From Fonticula alba ATCC 38817 (lineage: Eukaryota; Protista; Nucleariida), in the NCBI GenBank assembly GCA_000388065.2, contig KB932204.1: a stretch of 64,000 nt of DNA, one strand, 5' to 3'. This document shows, in pieces, positions 26,569 to 37,592 of this stretch. The position numbers and the translations under genes were made by a program. Positions within the stretch are counted from its first letter, which is position 1. Each line of letters begins with the position of its first letter. The notes beneath the pieces were generated by a model, which worked only from the letters and a program-made list of their open reading frames with translations, did not search any database and was not told the DNA's origin.

Positions 26569-28301
26569 ATGTCCTCGTCGGTCCTGCTGGCCCGGCCGCG
26601 AGTGGACACCAGTCCACCGGCCCCCCCGGCACCGGGGGAGCCCACCGCCCGCAGCCCCTTCCCCTCGCGCAGCCCCCTCACAGACCTGGAGCCCATGACG
26701 CCAGCCATCGAGAGCCCGGCGGCAGGGCAGTTCCTTCCCCGGCACTCGGGCAATGCAAGCCACTCCCCCGACTCGTGGGGGCCCTTCCTGCGGGAGTGTC
26801 ACCAGCTGATCGAGGATGTGGTTCTCTGCGTGTCGCACCACTCGCCGCGGTTTTGGCTGCGCACCATCTTCCGAAGCAGCGACACTGATGGCGGTCCCGG
26901 AGCGCGGGACCCGGGCTCAGCCTCCGCCGGGAGCGCCCTGCCGCCGGAGCATGGGGCCTTCTCACGGAGCATGCTGCTTGCGCCGATGGCCGCCGGCAAG
27001 CGCGCCGACCCGACAGCGCGTGGCACGTCCCCGGGGCCGGCGGCCGGGCCAGGCGCCGGCGGCCCCCGGCCCGGGACCTCCTGCATGCAGCTCACCCGCA
27101 CGACGGACACCGATCCGGACACCGATGCCGAGCAGGAGTTCTACCTCCGAGAGATGCTCACCCGGACCATGTCCATGGAGGAGATCTCCCAGCTGCTGGG
27201 CCGGCAGCCGGTCAGGCTGGGCGGCCTCTCGACTGCCGCCGGCCCTGCCGGGCCCGCCGGCCCTGCGGCTGCCAATGCGCCATCCTCCCCGGCCCCGGGG
27301 CCGGGGCCTGACCCGGACGATGTGGACCCCTCGTGGGCCTTCTTCAATGCGCAGCGTCTGCTGCCGGCCTATGTGCCCAGTCCCCTGCCACGGCCAAGCC
27401 AGTCGGCCGTGTGGCTGGCCCCGCACTCGGATCGCCGGCATCTGCAATCGCGCACCGTGTGCTCGTTGTTGACGCCGGTGGTCGGGGCCATCGCCGGGCC
27501 GGAGCCGGCCGGCGCCGCGGCTATGGCGGTGTCCGAGTCGCCGGCACCGATGGTCGACTCGGCCAGCCTCAAGTCCTCGGGCCGGCTCTTTCGGCCGGCG
27601 GCCCTCCTTTCCGGCCTCTCGGCGCGCGATCTCTTCGAGACCGATGCCCACGAGCAGGACCGTGCCGGTGGCCTGTCCGTGTCCATCGACACCCGCCACA
27701 CGGAGACCCGTGCGTTTTTGCCCATGCCATCGCTGCATCTTCCTTCCCCTCGGGCTCGGCCATTGTGTGGGGCTGCTCTGGCCGTTGCTCTCCGGCTGAC
27801 CCTGTGCCCGAACATCTTCCCTTCTCCTTCCCTCCCCCCCCCCCGCTTGCCCTCGCCCCGGGTCCGACAATAGGAGTCCGAACGCAGGCAGCCAACCTGG
27901 CCTTCTCCTTTGCCCTGCGCGGCCTGGCCGAGTACGATCGTCTGGCCCGAACCGACTACCGGCCGGCAGGCTCACCGGCCGGGCGTGCGGCGGAGTCCTT
28001 GGCCCTCCGGGAACTTAACCTCTATGGTGCGTGGCGCAATTCGCCCGAGGGTGTCGGGGAATGGCCTGCATGCTGGGTTGTTTGTGTGGGCCTCCAAATC
28101 CGGCTCTTCGTAGCCCCCAGTCATGGGGGTTGCGCGAGCACCCTCCTCCCTCTCGGGGAGCCGGGAGGCGAAGCAAAAGGGGGAACCCCAAGGGCTGGAC
28201 TTGCTTCTCTGACACTGACCTTCCCTGCGGGCTCTCCTCCTCGTTCCCCCCACCCCTCCCCCCCCCCGCGCCCCCCCCCCCCCCCCCCCCCCCCCGTCCC
28301 C

Positions 28302-28338
<37 letters not shown>

Positions 28339-29029
28339 ACATGTACATGTGGACTGGGGCACACCCACAGCCAACAGCGTCTTTTGGACTGGTGACGCAC
28401 ATAGCACGGTCATCGAGTCCCTCTCTCACGCACAGGGGCTGACGGCCTTCCGACTGACCGGTACACGCTCCCCCATCCTGTTGCCATTCTGTCCTCCCCC
28501 GTGATGCCCTAACATGGATGTGCCCCCCTCCCCCTCCCCGCCGCCCCGCACTCCTGCTGCCTGGTGCTTGCTGGCCCTCGTTCCGCCGGCCGATCGGTCA
28601 GACATCGCCGCTCGGACAGCCCCTCAGCGCATGAGCTCCCTCTTCTCCCTGCTCAGCTCTGGCGCAGGGCACTCCCTCACCGAGCTTTCCCTTTGCCGTG
28701 CGTCTGTCGCTGCTGCTTCCCCCATGTGCCTGACCTTGCTCGACCGTCTACCGGTACCGAGCAACTTCGATCGCGTTGGGTTTATTTCGCCCCCCCCCCC
28801 CTCCCCTTCTCCCGCGGGCCCCTAACCTCCTGTCCACGCTCCTCCTGCATCTGCGAATGCACTCCCACAGGAATTGGCTTCTCCAGCAGCGACATTCGCC
28901 GGCTCTGCCAGATCACCTCATCACTGTTCAGCCTACGGTCGCTCTCACTCTCACGTGCGCATGTGGCTTCCTTGCTCCTGCTCGGGCCCATCGGCCCTGA
29001 TGTACCTGCATCTGACCCATCCCGCTCGG

Positions 29030-29089
<60 letters not shown>

Positions 29090-29191
29090 NNNNNNNNNNC
29101 TCCCTCTCGGGGAGCCGGGAGGCGAAGCAAAAGGGGGAACCCCAAGGGCTGGACTTGCTTCTCTGACACTGACCTTCCCTGCGGGCTCTCC

Positions 29192-29269
<78 letters not shown>

Positions 29270-31227
29270 CCCCCCAGGGGGCCCGGCTCATTTCCCTCTC
29301 CCTGTGCCCGGTGGAATTCTTCTTCCCCCCGACGCAGGATAGTTACATTTGTGTGCCCCCCTGGCGCTATGGCGACGCACTGCACCCGGAGCAGCTGAGC
29401 CTCGAGGACCTGAAATCCGTCGGCAGCCTGTGCCAGCTGAGCCAGCTGGACCTGAGTTGTGCGTGGGTTCTCTTTTTTTCTTTTCCACTCCCGCTGCTGT
29501 GCCGGTGGATTGTGCCCCCCCCCCCATGCTTTATCTGGGCTCCCCTGCACATGGGTGGCCGCCTTTCCGCGCGACCTAACCACAAGCTGTCCTTTGGTGG
29601 CCGGGGGTTGCCTGTTTGCATGCGCGCACATGGGCATGGTCCCCCCCCCCCCCCCCGCGCTGCATGTGCGTGTGCGTGTGCGAATGGATGTGTTTTGGCG
29701 ATCTCTCTTCGCATCGACCAGACAACTGCATCCGCGTCGATGGGATTCGGGCCTTGGCAGAGGCGCTCTCTCGGAACTACTCCCTCGAAACGTGCCTGCT
29801 GCGTGGTACGTGGTGTCCGCCGGATTATGGCAGCCCCTGTGGTGGGCCTGCTGGGGCAGCATGTCCCCTGTGATGTCCCTCCTCGGGCGCCGTTCTCACA
29901 GTCCCCCCCCCTTTCGGTGGCCCTTTTGTCTGATCCCGCGCCTTCGTCTTTCTCTCCCTTTCTCTCTCTCTCTCTCTCCTCCCCCTGGCCCCCTGCTCCA
30001 GGCAATGACGGGCTGCACGGGGCACTGGGCTCCTTCGTTCGGACGATTCAATTCAACTCGAGCCTCCGGCAGCTTGACATCACCGGTACGCCGAGGCCCC
30101 TATGCCCATGCATTCGAGACCCTTTGGCACGCTGCCTTCCCCGGGCCTGACCCAGCCCATGTTCCTGGGTTGGCCTTCTCTGACCGGCCGCTCCGCACTC
30201 GGCTTCCCATGCACGCCTCTTCCCGTGGGGGATGGGATGGCGGGTCTCCCCCCTTAGGGCTGATCAATCCCGACATCAACATTGACCAGGGCATCGAGCG
30301 GGACATTGTCGCCGCCCTGGAGCACAATTTGTCCTTGGTGGACTTCCGGTACAGGCGTGCGTGTCCTTCCGCCCGTGCGCTTCTTTCCCTTCGACCTCCC
30401 CTGCCCCTCCTTGTTGTGGGGCGCATCCGCAAGGGCTGCTGGCTTGCTCATCCACTGACCACACCCCTCGCTGCCTTCCTTCTCGCCGCTGCCTCCCCTG
30501 GGCACCCCCTTCGCCATGCGGCGCTGTGGTGGTCCTGCGTCTCATTCTCTTTCTCTCTCTCTCTCTCCCACCCCTCCGCCCCCCATGACGGTGTGGCCCT
30601 TTGCAGCTGCGGTGTCCTCGCGCCGGGTGATCCGTGATCCACCCATTGCCTCGAGTCAGTTCTTCCCGCTGTCGGACTTCCGGGGATTTGTCTTGTTCGC
30701 GCTGCAGGCCATCCTGCGGCTGCTTTACTGTCCGTTTCTCCTGTGGCACCAGATCTCATCGCACCCGAGTGCGACGGCCGATGGCGGGACCTCGCGGGAT
30801 GTTCTTCCCGAGGGGCATGGGAGCCGGTCCGGCAGCTGGCCCCTGACTCGGCCCTTGGGTGTGGTAGGGCGGTTTGTTGTGTCACTGGTCAGTCGGCCAC
30901 ATGGGACCGCCGGCGGCCACTTCCCGGCACCCTCGGCAGTCCCCCTCCCGGTCCCGCCGTCACCACAGTCACAGGCGCAGCCGCTGTTGCAGGCGCAGTC
31001 GCACTCGCAATCGCAGGCGCAGGCGCAGGCGCAGGCGCAGGCGCAGGCGCAGCCACAGCCCATGGCACCGGCCGCCGACACCACGGCCGCTCCCATCCCC
31101 GCCCTCTTCACATGTCTCTTGCCCGTGAGGCAGGCACTGGCGCACATTCGCCAGGCCATTCACAAGAAGTCGCAGGACGTCGCGACCGAGCAGCGGCAGC
31201 ATCAGCAACAGCAGCATGAGCAACAAA

Positions 31228-31258
<31 letters not shown>

Positions 31259-31268
31259 TCATGAGCAA

Positions 31269-31313
<45 letters not shown>

Positions 31314-32233
31314 GACCCATCCTTCCCATCAGCCACCGGGTCGGGGCTGCTGCTGGCGGTTGCCTCGCTCCGGGCTCGGAGTCCGGGCGGAGGCATGAGG
31401 CTCAGCGACAGCACGATACCCGGAGCCTCCTCATCGCGCTTCGACCGTGACGCGCAGGTCCTCATGTCGCGAGGTACGCCACAAGCGCGAGGCCTTGTGT
31501 GGCCCGGCTCTTCCGAGTCCCCCTTCCTGCCCTTGGCATGCCTGGACCGACGATCCGTCTCCCCGTTGCGTCACTTGCGGTATCCTACTCCCTGGCTTCC
31601 TCCGGGTGTTGTGTGTGTGTGTGTGTTTGTCTTTCGCGCTGGGCGTAGCATGTCGGCATACACACACACACACACACATTACACCCGGGGTCCGAGCGGA
31701 TGGGAGGTGTCTCGGCCATGGGCCACCGCAGGGGGCGGCAAGGTTGGCGGTCGGGCAGGCATGCGAGGGGGCCACCAATGGAGCCGGAGCAGGGTGGGGC
31801 TTGCGCGTGCGCGGGGCCGAACACCCCCCGGATTGTGTTTGCGTGTGTCGGTGTATTGGTCCTTTGTCCCCTCCTTTCCCTTACTCGCGCTGTGGGTTCC
31901 TCCCATCGACATATGTGCATTCGCATATGCCCCGGTCGGGGGCACTGGCACTTCCTTGAACTGACAGAACTCCCGGACTTGATTAGGGAGCCGCGCGCCC
32001 TTCTGAGAGTGCAGCGCCCGGCCGGGCCCATCTCTCTGACCGAACTTCGGACTTCTCCCCGGGCGCAGATCAGCCAGTGGGCAGTGATCGACACGCGCAT
32101 GCTGACCCTGGTGCTAACTTTCCTGACCATGGCGCCGGTGGTGGTGCTCTTGGTGCTGGCGCTCGCCGCGTCGGCTCTCCAGGGCCTTGTCCGGATATCC
32201 GACATGTACTTGAGCCTCTTTGCCGCTGATTGA
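26569..32233 (+). CDS. Leucine-rich repeat (RNI-like) protein with polyQ tract and C-terminal transmembrane segment, multi-exon; start uncertain
   Basis: Exons encode HSLTELSLCR, LRSLSLSR, LSQLDLS.NCI..DGIRALAEALSRNYSLETCLL, IQFNSSLRQLDI and ALEHNLSLVDF. PolyQ at ~31190-31312. Hydrophobic MLTLVLTFLTMAPVVVLLVLALAASAL precedes TGA at 32231-32233. Confidence 0.72.
28146..29194. repeat. 95-bp identical intronic duplication (28146-28240 and 29100-29194)
   Basis: CTCCCTCTCGGGGAGCCGGGAGGCGAAGCAAAAGGGGG...GCGGGCTCTCCTCC occurs twice. The second copy starts right after an N gap. Confidence 0.9.
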
Positions 32234-33268
32234 GGAAAGGAGCGCCTGTGTTCGGACAGGAAGCCGCATCTTCCTTCTTCCTCCATCCCCAAACTTGCTG
32301 AGGGGGGGGGGGGGAGGCAAATGCACCTGAGTAGCACGGAGGAGGGGGGCTCCATGAAGGAGCGCAGGCCTGGCATCAGCCTGGGCAATTGCCCCGTCGT
32401 TCCTGCCACCTTCCTGCCTACCCAATAGCTTGTGACATGCACCCTGTGGGTGGAATACACCAGTACCGGTGTTCTTACTTCTTGTGATCCGCATCCATTT
32501 CGTTCGCGAGCACACACACATTGGCAAAAGGGGCGGTAGGGGGATTGTGGGGTCCGAGCGAGCGCCTGATTGCACGTGACCTGATCACGCCCGGGGAGTT
32601 CCGCGCACGCGCGCGCGTGGGAACACTCGACGAGGGAGCGCCTGTTGTAGGCAGGTCTGTTCGTGCGTCGTCCCGCCGGTCGCTGGTGCCCGGAGAGTGG
32701 GGAGGGGAACGGGCACGGGCCCGGGGGAGGCGGTGGGTGTTTTTGGTGTGTCGGGTGCCCGCGGCCGGTTGCCGCCGCAGCCACAGACAGGGCCCGGGCG
32801 CNNNNNNNNNNNNNNNNNNNNNNNNNNNNNNNNNNNNNNNNNNNNNNNNNNNNNNNNNNNNNNNNNNNNNNNNNNNNNNNNNNNNNNNNNNNNNNNNNNN
32901 NNNNNNNNNNNNNNNNNNNNNNNNNNNNNNNNNNNNNNNNNNNNNNNNNNNNNNNNNNNNNNNNNNNNNNNNNNNNNNNNNNNNNNNNNNNNNNNNNNNN
33001 NNNNNNNNNNNNNNNNNNNNNNNNNNNNNNNNNNNNNNNNNNNNNNNNNNNNNNNNNNNNNNNNNNNNNNNNNNNNNNNNNNNNNNNNNNNNNNNNNNNN
33101 NNNNNNNNNNNNNNNNNNNNNNNNNNNNNNNNNNNNNNNNNNNNNNNNNNNNNNNNNNNNNNNNNNNNNNNNNNNNNNNNNNNNNNNNNNNNNNNNNNNN
33201 NNNNNNNNNNNNNNNNNNNNNNNNNNNNNNNNNNNNNNNNNNNNNNNNNNNNCGAGAGGGATGAGCAG

Positions 33269-33326
<58 letters not shown>

Positions 33327-34581
33327 CGGGCGCGCGCCGCGCGCTGGGGCGGGGGACCCATCACTCCGGCGGCCGGCCCGGCGTTCTGGCAGAATAGACC
33401 GGGTCCGGCGACGCGAGCGTTGGCCTCTCGGGGGGTGTATGTGTGTGTGTGTGCGTGTGTGTGTGTGTGGTTGTATGGGCGTGTGTGGGTGCATGCGCGT
33501 GTGCGCGTGTGTGTATGTGTGTATGGATGCGCGTGTGTGTGCGCGGCGCACGGGCCCCAAGCGTGGGGAGGCCCCCTGTAAACACTGGACATCGCGTTCC
33601 GGCGATGGGGCTCTCGGTGTGCTGTGCGGCTGGCGGGCCGGACACGCCGGGGGCATGTATATGTGTATGTGCGTGTACGTGCGCGTGCGTGAGCGGGAGC
33701 CCTGGGTCCCATATGTCTGGCTGTCCCGCGGGTGGCTCGGGCGTTTTTTCGCAGCCCACCCCTTGTGCGACTGCGGCCGCGTCCAGGCGCACCGGCTGGG
33801 GCTGCTGGGCGGTCGGCTCGCCACCATACTGCCCCCCCCCCCAACCATCACCGTGTGCGGACCCCTGTGTGTCATGGACCGGGCGTCCGCGCCCCCGGGC
33901 GTGGTCCCGCGCCCCGGCCTCCCGGCCCCCGGGGCCCTCACCCCCGGCGGATCCCTGCCGTATGGCGGCCATGGGCCGGCTCGCCCTGGGCCTCGCCCCC
34001 CCCCCCCCCCTCCCGCCACCCNNNNNNNNNNNNNNNNNNNNNNNNNNNNNNNNNNNNNNNNNNNNNNNNNNNNNNNNNNNNNNNNNNNNNNNNNNNNNNN
34101 NNNNNNNNNNNNNNNNNNNNNNNNNNNNNNNNNNNNNNNNNNNNNNNNNNNNNNNNNNNNNNNNNNNNNNNNNNNNNNNNNNNNNNNNNNNNNNNNNNNN
34201 NNNNNNNNNNNNNNNNNNNNNNNNNNNNNNNNNNNNNNNNNNNNNNNNNNNNNNNNNNNNNNNNNNNNNNNNNNNNNNNNNNNNNNNNNNNNNNNNNNNN
34301 NNNNNNNNNNNNNNNNNNNNNNNNNNNNNNNNNNNNNNNNNNNNNNNNNNNNNNNNNNNNNNNNNNNNNNNNNNNNNNNNNNNNNNNNNNNNNNNNNNNN
34401 NNNNNNNNNNNNNNNNNNNNNNNNNNNNNNNNNNNNNNNNNNNNNNNNNNNNNNNNNNNNNNNNNNNNNNNNNNNNNNNNNNNNNNNNNNNNNNNNNNNN
34501 NNNNCTCTCTCTCTCTCTCTCTCTCTCCCCCCAACCCCCCTTGCCGCTGTGCTGTGGCGCTAACCGTGTCTGTCGTCGCAG

Positions 34582-36068
34582 ATTTTGCCGCGGGTGTCCT
34601 TGGTGGTGCGTGTGTCTTGCCTTTTTCCGCCCCTCGCTCTCGGCTCCCGTGCTCGCTGATGCTTGCCCCCCCCCCCGACTAACCCCAGCCCCACCTCCAT
34701 CCCCGCTTCCCTTGGTGCGGCCCCGGCACGACAGGCATTTCCGGCATCATCGTTGGCTATCCCGCCGACACGGTTAAAGTCCGCCTGCAGTCGGGCATCC
34801 CCCCGGGCCAGTCGACCCTCGGGTGCTTCGCGCACATCTTCAAACATGAGGGTGTGCGTCTGCATCGGGCCCCCGGCCCCAAGTTCCGGCCTCGGCCAGG
34901 CACACTGACGGGTGGTGGCAGTGGCAACAGCCTCGGTTCCTCTCCCCCCCCCCCGCCCCCCCCCCACGCTCACTGACCGCTCGCGTCTCCCCACCCGCAG
35001 CTCCGTGGCTTCTACAAGGCATGAGCTCCCCCGTGGTCGGAGTCGGCCTGATCAATGCCATCCTCTTCGGGGTCTACGGCCACACCCTGCGCCTGCTGGC
35101 CGATGAGAATGTTCGTGCTGCGCCATGCTGGCCGCTTGTCATCGCCTTTTTCACGTGCGCCGATTGCGCGTCCGCATGGGCCTTTATTTACCCCCGTTCA
35201 CCTCCTCCCCGCCCCCTGGATGCAGGACAACTATGCCATGGGCGATGACAGCGCCGCCCCGGTGAGCCACATCTTCGTGGCCGGCTCGGTGGCCGGACTG
35301 GTCAACACGATCATCGCTTCGCCGCTGGAGCTGGGGAAAATCCAGGCACAGAACCAGCTCAACACGGCCGAGGGGGCGGCCTTCCGCGGCCCGCTGGCCT
35401 GTTTGCAGGACATCTACCGGGCGCGCGGCCTGGCCGGCTGCATGCGCGGCTTCACGGCCACCATCCTCCGTGAGACCCCCTCGTATGGGGCCTACTTTGC
35501 GGCGTACGCGGTCCTCTGCCGGGCCATGACCCCGGAGGGGGCCTCTGTGCGGGACCTCGGCTGGGGGAAACTCCTGCTGGCTGGCGGCATGGCCGGCATG
35601 GCCGGCTGGCTGAGCACCTACCCGATTGACGTGGTTAAGACCCGGATGCAGAGCGCCGAGGGCCTCGGTGCGTATCCATCGCGGGGGGGCGGGGCTGTGG
35701 TGTCTCCCCTCCCCCCGATGGCCTGCTTATCTTCCCCCAGCGCCAGTGGCTGCGATAGTGCCCCTCTTCCTGCCAGTCACACACACACACACACGCACAC
35801 AGACGCACGCACACACGCTGACCTCGCGCTTTGCTTGATCGTCCCCGTCCTTCCTCCCCTCGCCGGCCTCTCGGTGCGATGGGCGTGTGTAGTCTACAAA
35901 AACACCTTCGAATGTGCCAAGCACTTGGTCCGCCACGAGCCGGCGGCCATGTGGCGCGGCCTGACTGCCACCCTGGTCCGAGCCTTCCCCACCAATGCGG
36001 CCACCCTCTTCACATACACCATCGCCATGCGCATGTTCTCGGATCTGCATGCCTCGAACAGCGACTAG
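34582..36068 (+). CDS. Mitochondrial carrier (SLC25; basic amino acid/carnitine-carrier type, SLC25A29/A45-like); first exon lies in the gap 34022-34504
   Basis: Three PX[DE]XX[KR] signatures: PADTVKVRLQ, PLELGKIQAQ, PIDVVKTRMQ. Also GFYKGMSSP, ILRETPSYGAYF and LVRAFPTNAA. Stop TAG at 36066-36068. Confidence 0.92.
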
Positions 36069-36630
36069 GTGAATGCGCGTGTCTCTGCGCCCTGCGGCGG
36101 CGGCGGCGGCGGCGCCGCCACCGCCGAGGCGCTTGTGTGTCCTTCTCTGCCCCTGCGCTCGCCTCTCCCGACCGGGATCGCATGTGCTCGGCCGCGGCAT
36201 CCCTCTGATAGACCCGCGTGCGCGCCTCGACCGGTTGGCCGGGCACAGCACCTCCTCCCCCGGACCCAGAGGGGGCGGGGGAGGCCCGCGTGCCGGCCGG
36301 CGCCGTCCAGCAGATGTCCTCCTCTCCCTCGCTTCGTGTCCCCTTCCCTTCCCTCCCCGCCCCATACATGTATGTATGCCCTGGGGCCCGACTGCCCTCC
36401 CCCAGCCCTGTCCTCCCGGGCCGCCTCCGGGGGAGGTAAAAATGCCAATAGACTCCCCGCACCCCACATGCCCTCTCCTCCCCTTGTCATCTCTTGTTGC
36501 TTTTTTCTTTTTCTTTTTTTTTCCGTCGGCTGGCACATCGCCACGTCCTGGGGCGTTCCATCCGCCGCATGCTCCCATTCCTGCCTCCGCCGGGCGGGTG
36601 TTTCCCCCTGGGCCCGGGCACGAGGCCAAC

Positions 36631-37171
36631 GCATGACGGCGAGTGCCAACGAACGCACATCGGGTTCCAGCGGCACTTGTGATCACGCTTTTTCTGAGGG
36701 CGAGAGTTGTGTTTTCCGCGAGCGGACCATTGCCAGCGCGGCGCTTCATAAGCCGATGCGCCGGGTGGTGTGGTTGGGCTCGGTCGCCCCCGGTGCCTTG
36801 CGCCCCGGGGTGCGTCCGGGTCCGCCCTCCTGTTGGCCTTGACGAGTGCCAGTCGGGTTCCGAGCAGACCCCCGAGGGCTAACCCCCAAGGAGGCGGGCA
36901 AGTCGCGGGGCTTAAGTGCGCCGTCTTGCCTGCCGAAGGGTCGTGTCCTCATCACGGAGCCTCGCCATAGGGAGACATAGCAACAGGGGGCGCCCCGCGA
37001 CGGCCGTTGGCTGATCCCCTCGAAGTAATACTTCACTTCGGGGTGAGGATTGCCTTTGGCTGGGGCGGCCCCTACTCCGTATATTTCATGTTCTTTCGGG
37101 AGCCACTAGCGGGCAGTGAACCTGAGAATAACCATATGGAGGCCATTCCTTTCTTCTCTTCGTTTTTTTTT
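36631..37171 (+). ncRNA. Candidate structured non-coding RNA, identity unknown
   Basis: Hand-folded helices: 36631-36641/36919-36929; long stem-loop 36985-37073 (AGGGGGCGCCCC/GGGGCGGCCCCT, GATCC/GGATT, CGAAGT/ACTTCG); second hairpin 37075-37141 (CTCCGTAT/ATATGGAG, GTTC/GAAC). G.U pairs favour the + strand. A T-run follows at ~37163-37171. The region lacks the microsatellites typical of this genome's non-coding DNA. Confidence 0.4.
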
Positions 37172-37592
37172 CCTCGCCGCGCGGAGAGAGTGCGCGCAGC
37201 GGGCCGCGCTTTTCTTGCGCCGGGGTCGGTCGAGCCGGTCCTCGCCGCCCGGGCAGCGGCGGTGAGGGGCAGGAAACCGCCCGTCCGCGGCACGCCCGGC
37301 GGTGTCTGATCATCTGCCGGACGGCCAACACCGCGGGGGAGGGAGAGGCAACAGGAGAGATGCGCGCACGATGGGAGGTGGATGTTGATGTGTATTTTGG
37401 GCCCTCGCCTGGACCTGCGCCCCCTCTCGGGGACAGGACGAAGCAGGATGCACCCAGCACAGGGGAGGGGGCGGGCGGGACCCCCCCGGGAAAGCTGGGA
37501 GGCAGCACACAGGCGAGGCGAATGATGGTGTGGGTGTTTGCAGAACAGGAGGGCCCCTCGCCCGCGTGCCGGCCGAGCCGGCCGGTCTCTCC

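Noticed and set aside
21834-29194. CRISPR array or transposon termini from the repeats
   Set aside because: Only two copies of each repeat, no spacers, no TIR/TSD or transposase/RT coding sequence, and several copies abut gaps.
36895-36930. GGGGCTTA next to a terminal helix, resembling RNase MRP CR-V; CTAACCC at ~36879, resembling a telomerase template
   Set aside because: The MRP CR-I (GAAAGUCCCC) partner is absent. The template is not 1.5 TTAGGG repeats and no pseudoknot is visible.
36935-37035. Minus-strand resemblance to U3 snoRNA (TACTT..GGATCA, then GTGATGA ~80 nt later)
   Set aside because: No box B, C or D (CTGA) or terminal stem downstream, and the G.U pairing favours the + strand.
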